A stretch of 64,000 nt of DNA from an uncultured Clostridia bacterium (GTDB lineage Bacteria > Bacillota > Clostridia > TANB77 > CAG-508): positions 17,656 through 81,655 of the forward strand of contig CAMMZC010000008.1 in NCBI GenBank assembly GCA_946529215.1. The letters run 5' to 3'. The notes under the pieces were generated by a model. The model was given only the letters and a program-made list of their open reading frames with translations. It was not told the DNA's origin and did no database searches. Positions 1-10,182 of the stretch are shown here, in pieces. A program made the translations under genes and the position numbers. Position 1 is the stretch's first letter. Each line of letters opens with the position of its first letter.

Positions 1-3000
1 TCCTTTTATTTCTGCTCTACTTACAATCTCCATATCGTCATCTTGATTTGACAATATTCTTTGTGCAACTATTTTTACATTATCTGATGTTGGATGTCTA
101 GCATCTCTATTTGTAATTTTGTTTGTAAACAAAGGAGTCCATTTTGTCAAATCCAATTCTTCTGCCTTTGCATTTTTCTCATCTTCAGTAACTATAGTTT
201 TTGTGCCTTTTGATACTATTCTATCTTTATCTGATTTTTCTGCTACATAAGTTAATGTTTCGTCTAAATAGTCTTTTACATCTGTTGGAGTTAACGTTAC
301 TTCTTTGTTTTCATCTTTTTCTCCAAACCAATAGTATCTATTATTATAGTAATTTATATCAGATTTGTTTGTAATTTTCACTTCATAGGTTAGTTCTAAG
401 TTTGTTCCATATAAACTCTCTTCTTGTACTTCTGCTTTTACATAAGTACTTCCTCCGTTTTTCTTATTATCTAAATCACTTAATGCTACTACTCCTTGGC
501 TTGCCACTGTTTCTGGATTTCCATTGTATAATACATTTCCTTGTGTGTTTGTTAACTTAACATTTGTAATTAATTTTTGAATTTCAGCATCTTGTTTTGG
601 AACCTCTACTATACCAAAGCTTAATCCATTAAAGGTATTTTCTGCTTTAATTGTATTCAAATATTTAGCATAAATAGTTTCTTTAGAATCTTTACTGTCT
701 GATAATGTTACCTGAGATGAGTTACTGTTTGTATTTTTTGGCATATCGAAAATTTTATCAGCATTATTTTCTACTGTTATAGACATCTTAGCTGTACTTG
801 CCATTACATCTGATTTTCCTTCTGCTGATTCATTTGCAATCTTTCTAGTATTTAAATTATCTAGTGCTACAGAAGCTTTAATATTTTCATCCATATCTCT
901 ATACCACTCTTCTTCAGTTCCTCCATTTAATGCTGCTTTTGCATTTACTTCTTTTACTACAGTTGATTTATAGTTTTTACCAACTATCGTTTTTATTTCT
1001 TTTCCACTAGTATCGCAAATCTTTTGTGTTCCATCACCATAAGTAAACCTTAAGAAATATCTTCCTGGAACTACTCCGACTAAATTGTAGTTTCCTCCTT
1101 TATCTGTATTAATAGCATCATTTGTAGCTTTTGGTTTATTAGTTGCATCTTTTGGGTACCTTATTGCTGGATTTAATTTTTTAATATTTTCAGCTGATAG
1201 CTGTCTTAAATCTGTAACTCCAGTTGGTACTTCGATTAAATCAACTTTAATATTCTCAACTTTATTTTCATTGCTATCATATACACCATTTCCAAGTTTT
1301 TGACCATCTTTTGTTACTATTTCATCTTCAAATACCATACCTTTAATTGTTCTTTCTTTATCTTTATGTTCTCTAAATATTAAGTATGGTGCAGCACTTG
1401 ACCTTATATCATTTTGTGTTAAGTGTAGTTGGTTATTTGCCGAAATATTTAAGTCCCAACTATAATCTTTTCTTGTGTATTCATGGTATCCATTAGATTC
1501 TACTTCGGTTGGATATTCCTCTATAATTCCATTTGGATTTTCTAGTATTTTCTTTATTGCATCATCTTTTACTCTGAATTCTATAAATGATGTAATGGTA
1601 TTATTTTTTCCTATTCCATCTTTATACTTATCTAAGTTATATGTTGCAACTTTTACATCTTTTCCATTTCTGGTTGTATCTGCACCTTCACTCCAGTCAT
1701 CAAAATCTTTTGTAATTTCATTATTATTCTTCAAATCATATACTTTCTCTAAAACATATCTATTTCCATCATAATAATTTTTCAAGCTTGATATTCTAAG
1801 TTTGTTTTCTTCATACAATTCTGGTATATTGTAAACTGTTGTATTTGTTATATCTATTCTATATACAACAAATACCTTTATTTTCTTATTTACATCAGTT
1901 TGAGCTACACTATATGCAATATCTGATGGATAAATATCTGCAGTATATCCCGAAATAGTTCCCACTTTTTGCCAATTAGTTGTAGGAGCTATAACCATAC
2001 TATTATCTCCTAATTGTCCATAGTTATATGTAAATGTAAATCCATTTATATCAATTTTTGCATAAGCTAAGTTTTGACTTACGCTATAATTTGCCTGAGG
2101 AATTTTTTTAATTCCTAAATTAATATTACTATATATTAAATTTTTTTCATCGAAAGTTCCACACTTCTTAATTCCATAGGTATTTATTGCATTTTGTCCT
2201 GTGTATGTTGTTGCAATTCCAGTTAAATCTATGTCTTTTGGTGCAACATTTTTCATCATAGCTTTTGATCCATTTCTAGCTGTTGCATTAAATGCTACTG
2301 GTATATAGTTACTATATTGATATTCATTACCATTTTCATCTTTATATGTAGTCTTAAACATATCTAATTCACTATAATCAAATTCAACATAATATTTTTC
2401 TAACTCCGAATACTTTATACGAGAATCAAACACATATTTTACATCATTTGAGTCCTCTTCTTTAAATGTAGATGTTTCAAATGTTTTTCCATTCTCTTTA
2501 TTTATAAGTCTTACAGTTATTCCTTCAACTTTTGTCTCTCTTGAATCATATAAGCTATTATATTCTTGACTTTTTGCAGTTGGTGTATCTATCCATACAT
2601 AGCCTTCTATTGATACTTTCTTAACATTGGTAATAGTAACATTTTGATCATATTTTGAATCTTCTGATGATATTGTTACTTCTTTTTTTGTATCTACATA
2701 TCCCCTATTAGCATTATATCCTTCCTGGTGCTTTAATAGATATCCTGTAGGTGGTTCAACTTCATAAAAATGATATGTGCTATCATCTAATCCATCTATC
2801 TTTAGACCATTTGCCTTTGAGTAGCTTACATTGTCTGTCGCTGAATACACATTATTAAATCTATATATAGTTGCAGTATCATAAGAAGCATTATATTTAT
2901 ATGTTGTCGCTTTTGTTCCTTGTAGCCATCCATTTGATGTTTTTATCTTAAAGCCTGCACCTTCTATACTTTGTCTAGTCTCCTCATCAATTTTTTTAAT

Positions 3001-5172
3001 AGTTATTGAACCTTTTCTTAAGTTTTCATAATCTTCCACAGGGTCTCTATCTGAATCTGAAATTGTTACTTCTATAGATTCTTCTTGTACTTCTAGTATA
3101 TATCCTGGTGGTGGTGTAACTTCTTCTATAGTATATGTTCCATAATATAACCCATCTATTTTCAATTTTCCTTTAGCATCGGTTGAGTATATTTTAGCTC
3201 TACTTTTATTACTATTATAACTATTTACACCTGTTAACCAACCTTTTCCTTGTTTATAAATTTTAAATTGACTTCCTTTAAGAGTCATTCCTGTTTCTGA
3301 ATCTTTTTTTATAACACTTAGACTTCCTGTTGGAGTATTGTAAAATACCATCGCTGATGCCTTTGGATTAGATTCGCTTATTGTTCTGCTTTGTGTAGTT
3401 GAAGTTCTTAGATATCTTGATGGTGCCTCTACTTCTTCTGCTGTATATGTTCCCTCTTTTAAACCTTTTAAAGTTAATTTTCCTTTAGTTGTTGTATATT
3501 TTCCTTTGCTTCCTGCAGCTTCTTTTGTAGCATTATTATATTTATAGTCTCCTTCTTTTCCACTTAAATAACCTTCATTTGTTTTTATCATAAATACTGC
3601 TTCATCACTTGTAATAAATTTTCGAGTTTCTCCATCTTTTTTGTGAATAGTTATACTAAAATCTTCAGACTCTGTTTCCTCATCAGGTGGTGGTGGTGGA
3701 TTATCTGGGGTGTTGTAAAATACTACTGTTGAAGGATTTGGCTTTGATGTACTTATAGTCGCAGATTTAGTTTTTGTTGATATTTTATATCCTGTTGGTG
3801 CTTGTACCTCTTCTATTGTATATTTACCCATTACTTGTAATTCTGATAAAGTTATTTTTCCTCCAGATGTTGAATAATTAGTACCACTTGCATGATTATA
3901 ATTATATGATCCAGCACTACCACTTAAGTATTTTCCAGTTGGTGTTTTTATTTTAAATTTTGCTACACCACTTATTAAACTTTTAGTTTTTGAATCTTTT
4001 TTGTTAATTTTTATACTACCATATTTATAATTTATTGTTACATTAGCCTCTGTTGGTACAACCTTATCTTTTACAGTAATAAGCTTTTGGCAAACAGTAG
4101 ACTTGGATTTTGTTAATTTTTCTCCTCCCAAATAACCTGTACTTTCTAGTAACCAAAGTTCAACCTGATATGTATTACTTTTCACATGAAAGTTTACACT
4201 TTTTATTGTCTTACCAGAAATATTTTTTATGTAAAAACTTGTTCCATCTTTTGGAATATTTTCAAGCCCATATATTTTACTTGCATTTGTGTAACTACTA
4301 TCTTTATAAAATCCTATTTTGTTAGACGGTATAGTAGTTCCATCTGCAGCAGTAACTACTACAGAGTCTATCGTTCCTGTATATGTAAGACTTATTGCTG
4401 GATTTACATCAGAAACATTTCTTTCTGTTGCACTTATAGCAGCTTTTTTATACTTTGAATAATTCTTTTTTGCATCTGCTACTGCATTGTTTCCATCAGT
4501 TTCATATTTATATTTTTTTTCTTTAAAAGAATTAAATTTCCACGCACCAGCACTCATAACGCCCTTTTTTCCCATTCTTGTTAACCATGTATTCCAATAT
4601 TTTTTCAAAGCTAATTGTCTTGGTCCATCCATTTCACCGTTTTGGTGATTCGTACCAACCTGTGTTGATGATTTAGTCCAGTTAGACCATTTACACTCTC
4701 CACTATCTATTGAATTAGCCAGTATATATGCTAAAATAGCATTCTCTTCACAATTATAAGTTGCTCCTCCAGAAGCTCCCTCATTTTTTGATGTACAATA
4801 ATCATGTTCAACCATTTCTGTACCATTAATTTTAAAATAATGTTTAACTCTCATATCTGATACAACATTACTAGCCTCATGTTGAACACAATATGTATTA
4901 TGATTTTCATAACCCATATTTACTACACCTGCAAGTGATTGTTCTGCTGTAGTATAATTTGTTCCTAGTAGTTTATTTATTTTATTTCTAATACTTGAAT
5001 TGCCTAAATCATCCCAATCTGCTAATATAACAACATTCGCAGCATTATTACTCTTTATCAATTCTGTATGTCCTTTTAATCTTCTAGTAGCTGCATATAC
5101 TTTTGTTCCATAAGTTAAGAAAACAAGAATTATAATTATAATTGCCAATATTTTCTTTCTAATTTTTGTCAT
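1..5172 (-). CDS. Giant surface adhesin, partial. The N-terminus is in the window and the C-terminus runs off the window start. It has a signal peptide, an N-terminal Cys-containing domain (candidate thioester domain) and many Cna-B-type (isopeptide-type) repeat domains. It is a paralog of the 10183..14730 gene.
   Basis: ATG at complement 5170-5172. The N-terminus MTKIRKKILAIIIIILVFLTYGTKVYAA is a signal peptide. I translated it by hand as ...HNTYCVQHEASNVV...RQLALKKYWNTWL.... No minus-strand stop occurs before position 1, since no minus-strand ORF is listed in the track. Downstream there are recurrent 'G(K)YxΦxEVxAPxGY' Cna-B motifs. It lies 14 bp after the stop of the 5187..9845 gene, so it is co-transcribed. 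Confidence 0.7.
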   Translation of the reverse strand, partial: MTKIRKKILAIIIIILVFLTYGTKVYAATRRLKGHTELIKSNNAANVVILADWDDLGNSSIRNKINKLLGTNYTTAEQSLAGVVNMGYENHNTYCVQHEASNVVSDMRVKHYFKINGTEMVEHDYCTSKNEGASGGATYNCEENAILAYILANSIDSGECKWSNWTKSSTQVGTNHQNGEMDGPRQLALKKYWNTWLTRMGKKGVMSAGAWKFNSFKEKKYKYETDGNNAVADAKKNYSKYKKAAISATERNVSDVNPAISLTYTGTIDSVVVTAADGTTIPSNKIGFYKDSSYTNASKIYGLENIPKDGTSFYIKNISGKTIKSVNFHVKSNTYQVELWLLESTGYLGGEKLTKSKSTVCQKLITVKDKVVPTEANVTINYKYGSIKINKKDSKTKSLISGVAKFKIKTPTGKYLSGSAGSYNYNHASGTNYSTSGGKITLSELQVMGKYTIEEVQAPTGYKISTKTKSATISTSKPNPSTVVFYNTPDNPPPPPDEETESEDFSITIHKKDGETRKFITSDEAVFMIKTNEGYLSGKEGDYKYNNATKEAAGSKGKYTTTKGKLTLKGLKEGTYTAEEVEAPSRYLRTSTTQSRTISESNPKASAMVFYNTPTGSLSVIKKDSETGMTLKGSQFKIYKQGKGWLTGVNSYNSNKSRAKIYSTDAKGKLKIDGLYYGTYTIEEVTPPPGYILEVQEESIEVTISDSDRDPVEDYENLRKGSITIKKIDEETRQSIEGAGFKIKTSNGWLQGTKATTYKYNASYDTATIYRFNNVYSATDNVSYSKANGLKIDGLDDSTYHFYEVEPPTGYLLKHQEGYNANRGYVDTKKEVTISSEDSKYDQNVTITNVKKVSIEGYVWIDTPTAKSQEYNSLYDSRETKVEGITVRLINKENGKTFETSTFKEEDSNDVKYVFDSRIKYSELEKYYVEFDYSELDMFKTTYKDENGNEYQYSNYIPVAFNATARNGSKAMMKNVAPKDIDLTGIATTYTGQNAINTYGIKKCGTFDEKNLIYSNINLGIKKIPQANYSVSQNLAYAKIDINGFTFTYNYGQLGDNSMVIAPTTNWQKVGTISGYTADIYPSDIAYSVAQTDVNKKIKVFVVYRIDITNTTVYNIPELYEENKLRISSLKNYYDGNRYVLEKVYDLKNNNEITKDFDDWSEGADTTRNGKDVKVATYNLDKYKDGIGKNNTITSFIEFRVKDDAIKKILENPNGIIEEYPTEVESNGYHEYTRKDYSWDLNISANNQLHLTQNDIRSSAAPYLIFREHKDKERTIKGMVFEDEIVTKDGQKLGNGVYDSNENKVENIKVDLIEVPTGVTDLRQLSAENIKKLNPAIRYPKDATNKPKATNDAINTDKGGNYNLVGVVPGRYFLRFTYGDGTQKICDTSGKEIKTIVGKNYKSTVVKEVNAKAALNGGTEEEWYRDMDENIKASVALDNLNTRKIANESAEGKSDVMASTAKMSITVENNADKIFDMPKNTNSNSSQVTLSDSKDSKETIYAKYLNTIKAENTFNGLSFGIVEVPKQDAEIQKLITNVKLTNTQGNVLYNGNPETVASQGVVALSDLDNKKNGGSTYVKAEVQEESLYGTNLELTYEVKITNKSDINYYNNRYYWFGEKDENKEVTLTPTDVKDYLDETLTYVAEKSDKDRIVSKGTKTIVTEDEKNAKAEELDLTKWTPLFTNKITNRDARHPTSDNVKIVAQRILSNQDDDMEIVSRAEIKG

Positions 5173-5186
5173 CTTTTTTCCTCCTT

Positions 5187-8100
5187 TCAGTCAAATTTTT
5201 TCCTAATTACTTTTTTCACAATACTATAAACAAGTGTTGTCATAATTACTGCTATAATTAATGTTATAATTGAAAATTTAACTGCTATACCTGTACTAAC
5301 ACTTATAATTAAATCTGCTTGTGATACATCATCATCTTGACTTGAACCCTCATCTTTTACTCCTAACTCATTATAATATTCAGTTATTTCTGCTTTATTA
5401 TTTGTAAGTCCTGTATTTGAATTTGTCATTGTTTTTGTAAGAATTAGAGTTATTTCTTTTGTTTCTCCTGGTTCTATTTTTGTATTAGCTAAGCTTTCTG
5501 TATAAAGTTTATTTCCTGATTGATACCAATCTTTATTAAGCTTAGAGTTAAATTTTAAATCTGATGGTTTATTGTCAACAATTTTTTTCGCATATCCTGC
5601 TAATTCACCATTATTTGTTACTTTTATTTTATATTCAACCATTACAACTGAACCTTTTAAATATTTACCTCTTATCTCAACCTTTGCCAAATTTGTATCT
5701 GAGAATTCTGTTGTTTTGTTTTCTCCTGAATTAGAAACACTAACTTTAGAAATAGTCTTAGATAAATTCAAATCAAACTTTTTGTATTCTACTAATCCTA
5801 TATCTATATTTGTTATATTTTCTTCATTTACAGTAATTGTGTCTGTTGAAGCAACTTTTTTACTTGCATTATTTATATTCATTGTAATAATTTCTACATC
5901 TGAATTGTTATTTTCACTTGTTCCATCAGCTTTATATGTAGTGATACTATATCTTTGATTATCATATTCAAATAATACTACATATTTTCCACTTTCTATA
6001 TTTGTAAAACTATATAATCCATTACTATCTGTTGTTGTACTTGTTATTTCTGAATTTGTTTCTATATTGTATAATGTAACTTTTACTCCATTTATTATCT
6101 CTTCATCAGATTCTCTTTGTCCATTTTGATTTCTATCTAACCAGGCTATACCTGAAATAGCTCCTTTATTTGTATTGTTATTTTCACCTTGTTGATTTGA
6201 TGTATCATCTTTATTGTCTGTTTTCTGATTATCTTCGTCTTGCGAATTGTCACCTGGATTATCTTGACCTGGATTATCTTGACCTGGATTGTCTTCACCT
6301 GGATTGTCTTCACCTGGATTTTCTTCACCTGGATTTTCTTCATCTGGATTATCATCTTCTGGATATATTGGCGCTTTCAAATAATATGTTATTTTTCCAC
6401 TTGATGCAAGCAAAATATCGTCATAAGCATCTGCTTCATTTATTACTTCAAAGTCTTCTAATAATGAAAGCTCTTTTACTTTGCCTTTTATTATTATATT
6501 TTTTTCTTCTTCTGCTTTCAAATTACAATTTATCTCCAATAAATTATAATTATCTGCTTCCTCTCCTCCTGTTAAATTGTATTCACAATCTTTTCCATCT
6601 ATAGTAACTGATTGTAAATCTAAATATTTTGAATACTTATCTTTTAAAATCAAATCATTAGAATCTGAATCTCCAATATTTTTTATTTTTATTGTATATA
6701 TTATTTCATCACCTAAATTAATTGTACTTTTATCATTTTTATTACCAATTAATTCTAATGAAGCTCTTATACCACTTACTTCGTTTGACACTTTGTTTGA
6801 TCTATATTGAACATTATCTGAATCTTTTATAGTACACATTGCTTCTGCATAATTTATTCCATTTATAGAATCTTTTATTTTTATTTCATATTCAACATAA
6901 GCTTCATTATTTGCCTGTATAGAAGGTATTGTAAAATACAATTCATCTGTTTCTACTTCTTGTCTTGGTTCATTTGAAGTATATACTATAGATTTTTTCT
7001 CCATCAAATCATTTATATTTAAATTAACTTGTACATTTTTTTTCTCTTCATTTGTATTATTCTTAATATAAAGCTGATAAATATATGTATATCCATAACT
7101 TACTTTATCATCATCTTTCATATATGCTAAATTTAAATTTGCTTCTAATGCTGCTGGTTCTATTTTGTTTTTTAATGCAAAGTTTTTACTATTGCTACCA
7201 TATCTAATTGTATAGTCTGATTCTATTTCTTGTGTTAGGTTTACATCAGAATTTACTTTTACCATATATTTGTATTCATATGTTTTTCCTGCATTTATGT
7301 TTATTCCATTTTTTTCTAAAGTTCTTTCTGTTTTCGTAACAAAATACTCTTCATCTGTTGTGTAAACATGTTTTTCTTCATCATAAGCTGGATATTTTGA
7401 ATTTACTTCAATTAATGTTGTATTATTTGGAATTGTTGCACTTAAAGATACGTTTTCTATATTTTGAGTACTTGGATTTTGTAATTTTACAGTATAAACT
7501 ATTATCTCTCCTGCTTTTACAGTATCTCCTTCTGATATTGTTTGTCCTCCAACACTTGCAGTAACTTCATATTTTAATTCCGTATTCGAAGTCTGCTCAG
7601 TTCCGCTTCCTGTTTCTGTTCCTTGATTTTCTCCTTGTCCTTCGCTACCTGTTTCTGTTCCTTGATTTTCTCCTTGTCCTTCGCTACCTGTTTCTGTTCC
7701 TTGATTTTCTCCTTGTCCTTCGCTACCTGTTCCTGTTCCTTGATTTTCTCCTTGTCCTTCGCTTCCTGTATTTCCTCCTTGTGTTTGTGCTGCAGAAATT
7801 TGAATCTTTACTTTTTCTGTTCCATTATCTGTATATTTTGTAGCATTTTCATTTGTATATGTCATAACTATTTCTTCTTCGGTGTTTTGTGCATTTTGAT
7901 CAATTTCTACATTTGTATTTATAGAAATTGTTGTTCCCTGTATTGCTTCTCCTAAATAATTTGTTTGTTCTCCTGTTAATTTTATACTTAGTACTTTTTG
8001 TCCGTTTTCTTCTATAACTTTATAATTTTCATCTGTTAATTGTAATCCATTTGGTTGAAATAATTGTGGTTTTTGTACATAAGTTACATTTTTAACTTGA

Positions 8101-9845
8101 CTTGGCAATTTTATTTTTATTTCAGGATTTTTGTATAAATCTTGATTTTCACCATTTGATTCTAGCAATACTTTTAAATTTAATGATTGTGCATTTGTTC
8201 CTGCAATTAATGCAACTTGTTCACTTTGTAGACTTGCTTTTGTTTCTGTCTCTATTAAACCTATATTATAAAAACTTGTTAATGTAAAAGTATTATTATT
8301 CTTATCTGTGTATTTAATTGAGCTACCATCTACAATTTTTTCAAATTCTTTTATTTGTTCTCTTGTATATTCTCCTTTTACTATGCTCTTTCTCGTTTCT
8401 ATTTTAAATGAACCATTACTTAATGGCTTGCTTGTTTTAATTGTTAATGTTTTTACGCCATTTCCTAAATTTATACTTATATTTCCATTTTCATCAACAA
8501 TAATTCCTGTACTTTCATCTGTTTGAGTTTCATTTGTAATTGTTTTATCTCCTATTGTTAAACTCCATGTATTTCCTAATACACTTGCAACTTCGTCTTT
8601 GTTAATTTTAACATTTTTTATTAAATTAAATTTTCCTGTATTTAATGTACTTTGTAATAAATCATTTGCCCTTTCTTCTTTTTTTCCAAATATGCCACCA
8701 TATTCTGTAACTTCTATATCTTCCACTCCATCTATATAGTCAATATGAACCATAGAATATGACGTAATATCTCTTCCATTATCTGCATATATTTTTCCTT
8801 TATATATATTACTTTCTTCTTCTAATTTTGATATATTAGCTATTCCATATCTTACTTCAGCAAGTGATAGTTGAACTTGATCTGCATTTAATTCAATATT
8901 ATTTTGTGTAGTTATTTTTTCATTTATTGTAATATTTTGTGTACTTTCAACTGTGTTTTCTGGGAACTCATAAGTTACTACAATAATATCGCTAAATCCC
9001 TTTATCCAACTAATTTTGCCATCTACTTCAGTATTATTAATATTTATTGTTAAAATATTATTTTCAACTTTGTAATTCTCTGTTGTAAAATCTTGTTCAT
9101 CATTTGTTGATTTTATTGATCTTTTATGAACTTCTACCTTTGTAGCCCCTTCTGGAATTGTTGCTGTAATTTGAGTATTTTTTATAGGATATGCATTATT
9201 TGTTAATTTACTAGTGATCAAAAATTGTACTATATCTTTGTTTTCTCCATTTATTTGATAGTTATAATTTGTTTGTAATTTTGAAGAAAGTTCTGCTTTT
9301 GTATTTTCAGGAACTTTCCATATTACTTTTACATCACTTCCACCATCTATTGTATTACTTCCATCACTTGATGTATATGTTCCATTTAACTTAACTGTAG
9401 TTGTTTGGTTTAAAGTTGAAGCTTGTATTTTATCATCTTCAAAATATTTTATTCCTACTTCTATACTAGCAGTTTCTTCACTATTAATTTGGTTTAAATA
9501 GATAATATTGTTTTCTATCTTATTTATATAACTATTGTCTGTTACCTCATCAAATTTAAACCCTGCATTTTGTAAAGATATTTGTCCATTAAAATATCCC
9601 TGATTTTTTACTGCTACATCTATTTTTAGTTTTAGGTCTTTAGCATCAATACTTTTTTCTATCTCAGTTAGCTCTTCCTCTCCATTTTTGAAATATGCTC
9701 TAAATTGAACATTTTCATGAATTGAAAGTAAGTCTATAGCATAAGATGTTGCTAAAAAACCTGTAATTGCATATTGTCCTAAAAATATAACTAAAATAAT
9801 CAATATGGCAATCCATTTTTTAATAATTGTTTTTACGTCTCCCAT
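5187..9845 (-). CDS. Giant (1552 aa) cell-surface protein with an N-terminal signal/TM, DUF11-type (conserved repeat domain) modules, an SdrD-B/Cna-B-like domain and in-frame low-complexity tandem repeats. The C-terminus is 'SVSTG' + TM + KKVIRKKFD.
   Basis: Long minus-strand ORF with RBS GGAAAGGAAA before the ATG. DUF11-like motif, e.g. IYTIKIKNIGDSDSNDLILKDKY. SdrD-B-like region 'WLDRNQNGQRESDEE...GLYSF...GKYVV'. C-terminal hydrophobic anchor with a basic tail. It is a paralog of the 14751..19700 gene. Confidence 0.8.
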   Translation of the reverse strand: MGDVKTIIKKWIAILIILVIFLGQYAITGFLATSYAIDLLSIHENVQFRAYFKNGEEELTEIEKSIDAKDLKLKIDVAVKNQGYFNGQISLQNAGFKFDEVTDNSYINKIENNIIYLNQINSEETASIEVGIKYFEDDKIQASTLNQTTTVKLNGTYTSSDGSNTIDGGSDVKVIWKVPENTKAELSSKLQTNYNYQINGENKDIVQFLITSKLTNNAYPIKNTQITATIPEGATKVEVHKRSIKSTNDEQDFTTENYKVENNILTININNTEVDGKISWIKGFSDIIVVTYEFPENTVESTQNITINEKITTQNNIELNADQVQLSLAEVRYGIANISKLEEESNIYKGKIYADNGRDITSYSMVHIDYIDGVEDIEVTEYGGIFGKKEERANDLLQSTLNTGKFNLIKNVKINKDEVASVLGNTWSLTIGDKTITNETQTDESTGIIVDENGNISINLGNGVKTLTIKTSKPLSNGSFKIETRKSIVKGEYTREQIKEFEKIVDGSSIKYTDKNNNTFTLTSFYNIGLIETETKASLQSEQVALIAGTNAQSLNLKVLLESNGENQDLYKNPEIKIKLPSQVKNVTYVQKPQLFQPNGLQLTDENYKVIEENGQKVLSIKLTGEQTNYLGEAIQGTTISINTNVEIDQNAQNTEEEIVMTYTNENATKYTDNGTEKVKIQISAAQTQGGNTGSEGQGENQGTGTGSEGQGENQGTETGSEGQGENQGTETGSEGQGENQGTETGSGTEQTSNTELKYEVTASVGGQTISEGDTVKAGEIIVYTVKLQNPSTQNIENVSLSATIPNNTTLIEVNSKYPAYDEEKHVYTTDEEYFVTKTERTLEKNGININAGKTYEYKYMVKVNSDVNLTQEIESDYTIRYGSNSKNFALKNKIEPAALEANLNLAYMKDDDKVSYGYTYIYQLYIKNNTNEEKKNVQVNLNINDLMEKKSIVYTSNEPRQEVETDELYFTIPSIQANNEAYVEYEIKIKDSINGINYAEAMCTIKDSDNVQYRSNKVSNEVSGIRASLELIGNKNDKSTINLGDEIIYTIKIKNIGDSDSNDLILKDKYSKYLDLQSVTIDGKDCEYNLTGGEEADNYNLLEINCNLKAEEEKNIIIKGKVKELSLLEDFEVINEADAYDDILLASSGKITYYLKAPIYPEDDNPDEENPGEENPGEDNPGEDNPGQDNPGQDNPGDNSQDEDNQKTDNKDDTSNQQGENNNTNKGAISGIAWLDRNQNGQRESDEEIINGVKVTLYNIETNSEITSTTTDSNGLYSFTNIESGKYVVLFEYDNQRYSITTYKADGTSENNNSDVEIITMNINNASKKVASTDTITVNEENITNIDIGLVEYKKFDLNLSKTISKVSVSNSGENKTTEFSDTNLAKVEIRGKYLKGSVVMVEYKIKVTNNGELAGYAKKIVDNKPSDLKFNSKLNKDWYQSGNKLYTESLANTKIEPGETKEITLILTKTMTNSNTGLTNNKAEITEYYNELGVKDEGSSQDDDVSQADLIISVSTGIAVKFSIITLIIAVIMTTLVYSIVKKVIRKKFD
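6252..6356 (-). repeat. In-frame 15-bp tandem repeat (about 7 copies, unit acctggatt[a/g/t]tctt[g/c]) encoding (E/D)NPG(E/Q/D) pentapeptide repeats.
   Basis: Direct reading: cacctggattatcttgacctggattatcttgacctggattgtcttcacctggattgtcttcacctggattttcttcacctggattttcttcatctgg. The protein reads DDNPDEENPGEENPGEDNPGEDNPGQDNPGQDNPGDN. Confidence 0.9.
7603..7768 (-). repeat. In-frame 39-bp tandem repeat (about 4.2 copies) encoding GSEGQGENQGTET 13-mer repeats.
   Basis: Direct reading of the repeated unit cgctacctgtttctgttccttgattttctccttgtcctt. The protein reads GSEGQGENQGTGTGSEGQGENQGTETGSEGQGENQGTETGSEGQGENQGTETG. Confidence 0.9.
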
Positions 9846-9929
9846 AATTTTTCCTTTCCTTTCTTAGGCACAAATAGTAAAAAAATATTTTTTTATTTAT
9901 ATATTTCTTCCATACTCTCCTACATTTTA

Positions 9930-9958
9930 ATATTACAACCATATTTTTTTAAAGTCAA
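9930..9958 (-). promoter_or_regulatory. Sigma-A-type promoter for the 5187..9845 gene. On the minus strand it reads TTGACT-17 nt-TAATAT.
   Basis: Reverse complement of 9921-9960 is tattgactttaaaaaaatatggttgtaatattaaaatgta. It lies about 85 nt upstream of the ATG at 9845 and downstream of the terminator at 10142-10177. Confidence 0.45.
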
Positions 9959-10141
9959 TATAGCGTTTTTTATAGCATTTAGAATATACTCAAATTCTTT
10001 TTACGGAAATAGCTTTGTAACTTTTTTGTTTATTTTATTTACATTTTCTTTACATTTTTGTAACAAAGCAATTATATATTTCTCTTTTTATTTAGGGAGA
10101 GTTGAACTTTAATAGGAAAATTTCGATTTTTCCTATACAAT

Positions 10142-10177
10142 AAAAAAAGTTGAACGATAATTCGTTCAACTTTTTTT
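10142..10177. terminator. Bidirectional rho-independent terminator. It is a perfect 8-bp GC-containing stem (gttgaacg/cgttcaac) with a 6-nt loop, flanked by A7 and T7. It ends the 10183..14730 transcript.
   Basis: aaaaaaagttgaacgataattcgttcaactttttttatt read directly. The stop codon of the upstream minus-strand gene is at 10183-10185. Confidence 0.8.
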
Positions 10178-10182
10178 ATTTA

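Noticed and set aside
1475-4458. Small plus-strand ORFs 1475..1774, 4110..4325 and 4186..4458.
   Set aside because: They are antisense to the long, uninterrupted minus-strand adhesin frame. Their translations are Phe/Leu/Ile/Tyr-rich, as is typical of antisense ORFs in AT-rich coding DNA.
6146-7955. ORFs 6146..6355 (-), 6170..6604 (+), 7358..7564 (+) and 7623..7955 (+), with repetitive translations (IQVKTIQVK..., LDYLDLDYL..., IFSLSFATCFCS...).
   Set aside because: They all lie inside the 15-bp and 39-bp repeat blocks of the 5187..9845 gene, in other frames or on the other strand. Periodic repeats create stop-free frames by chance.
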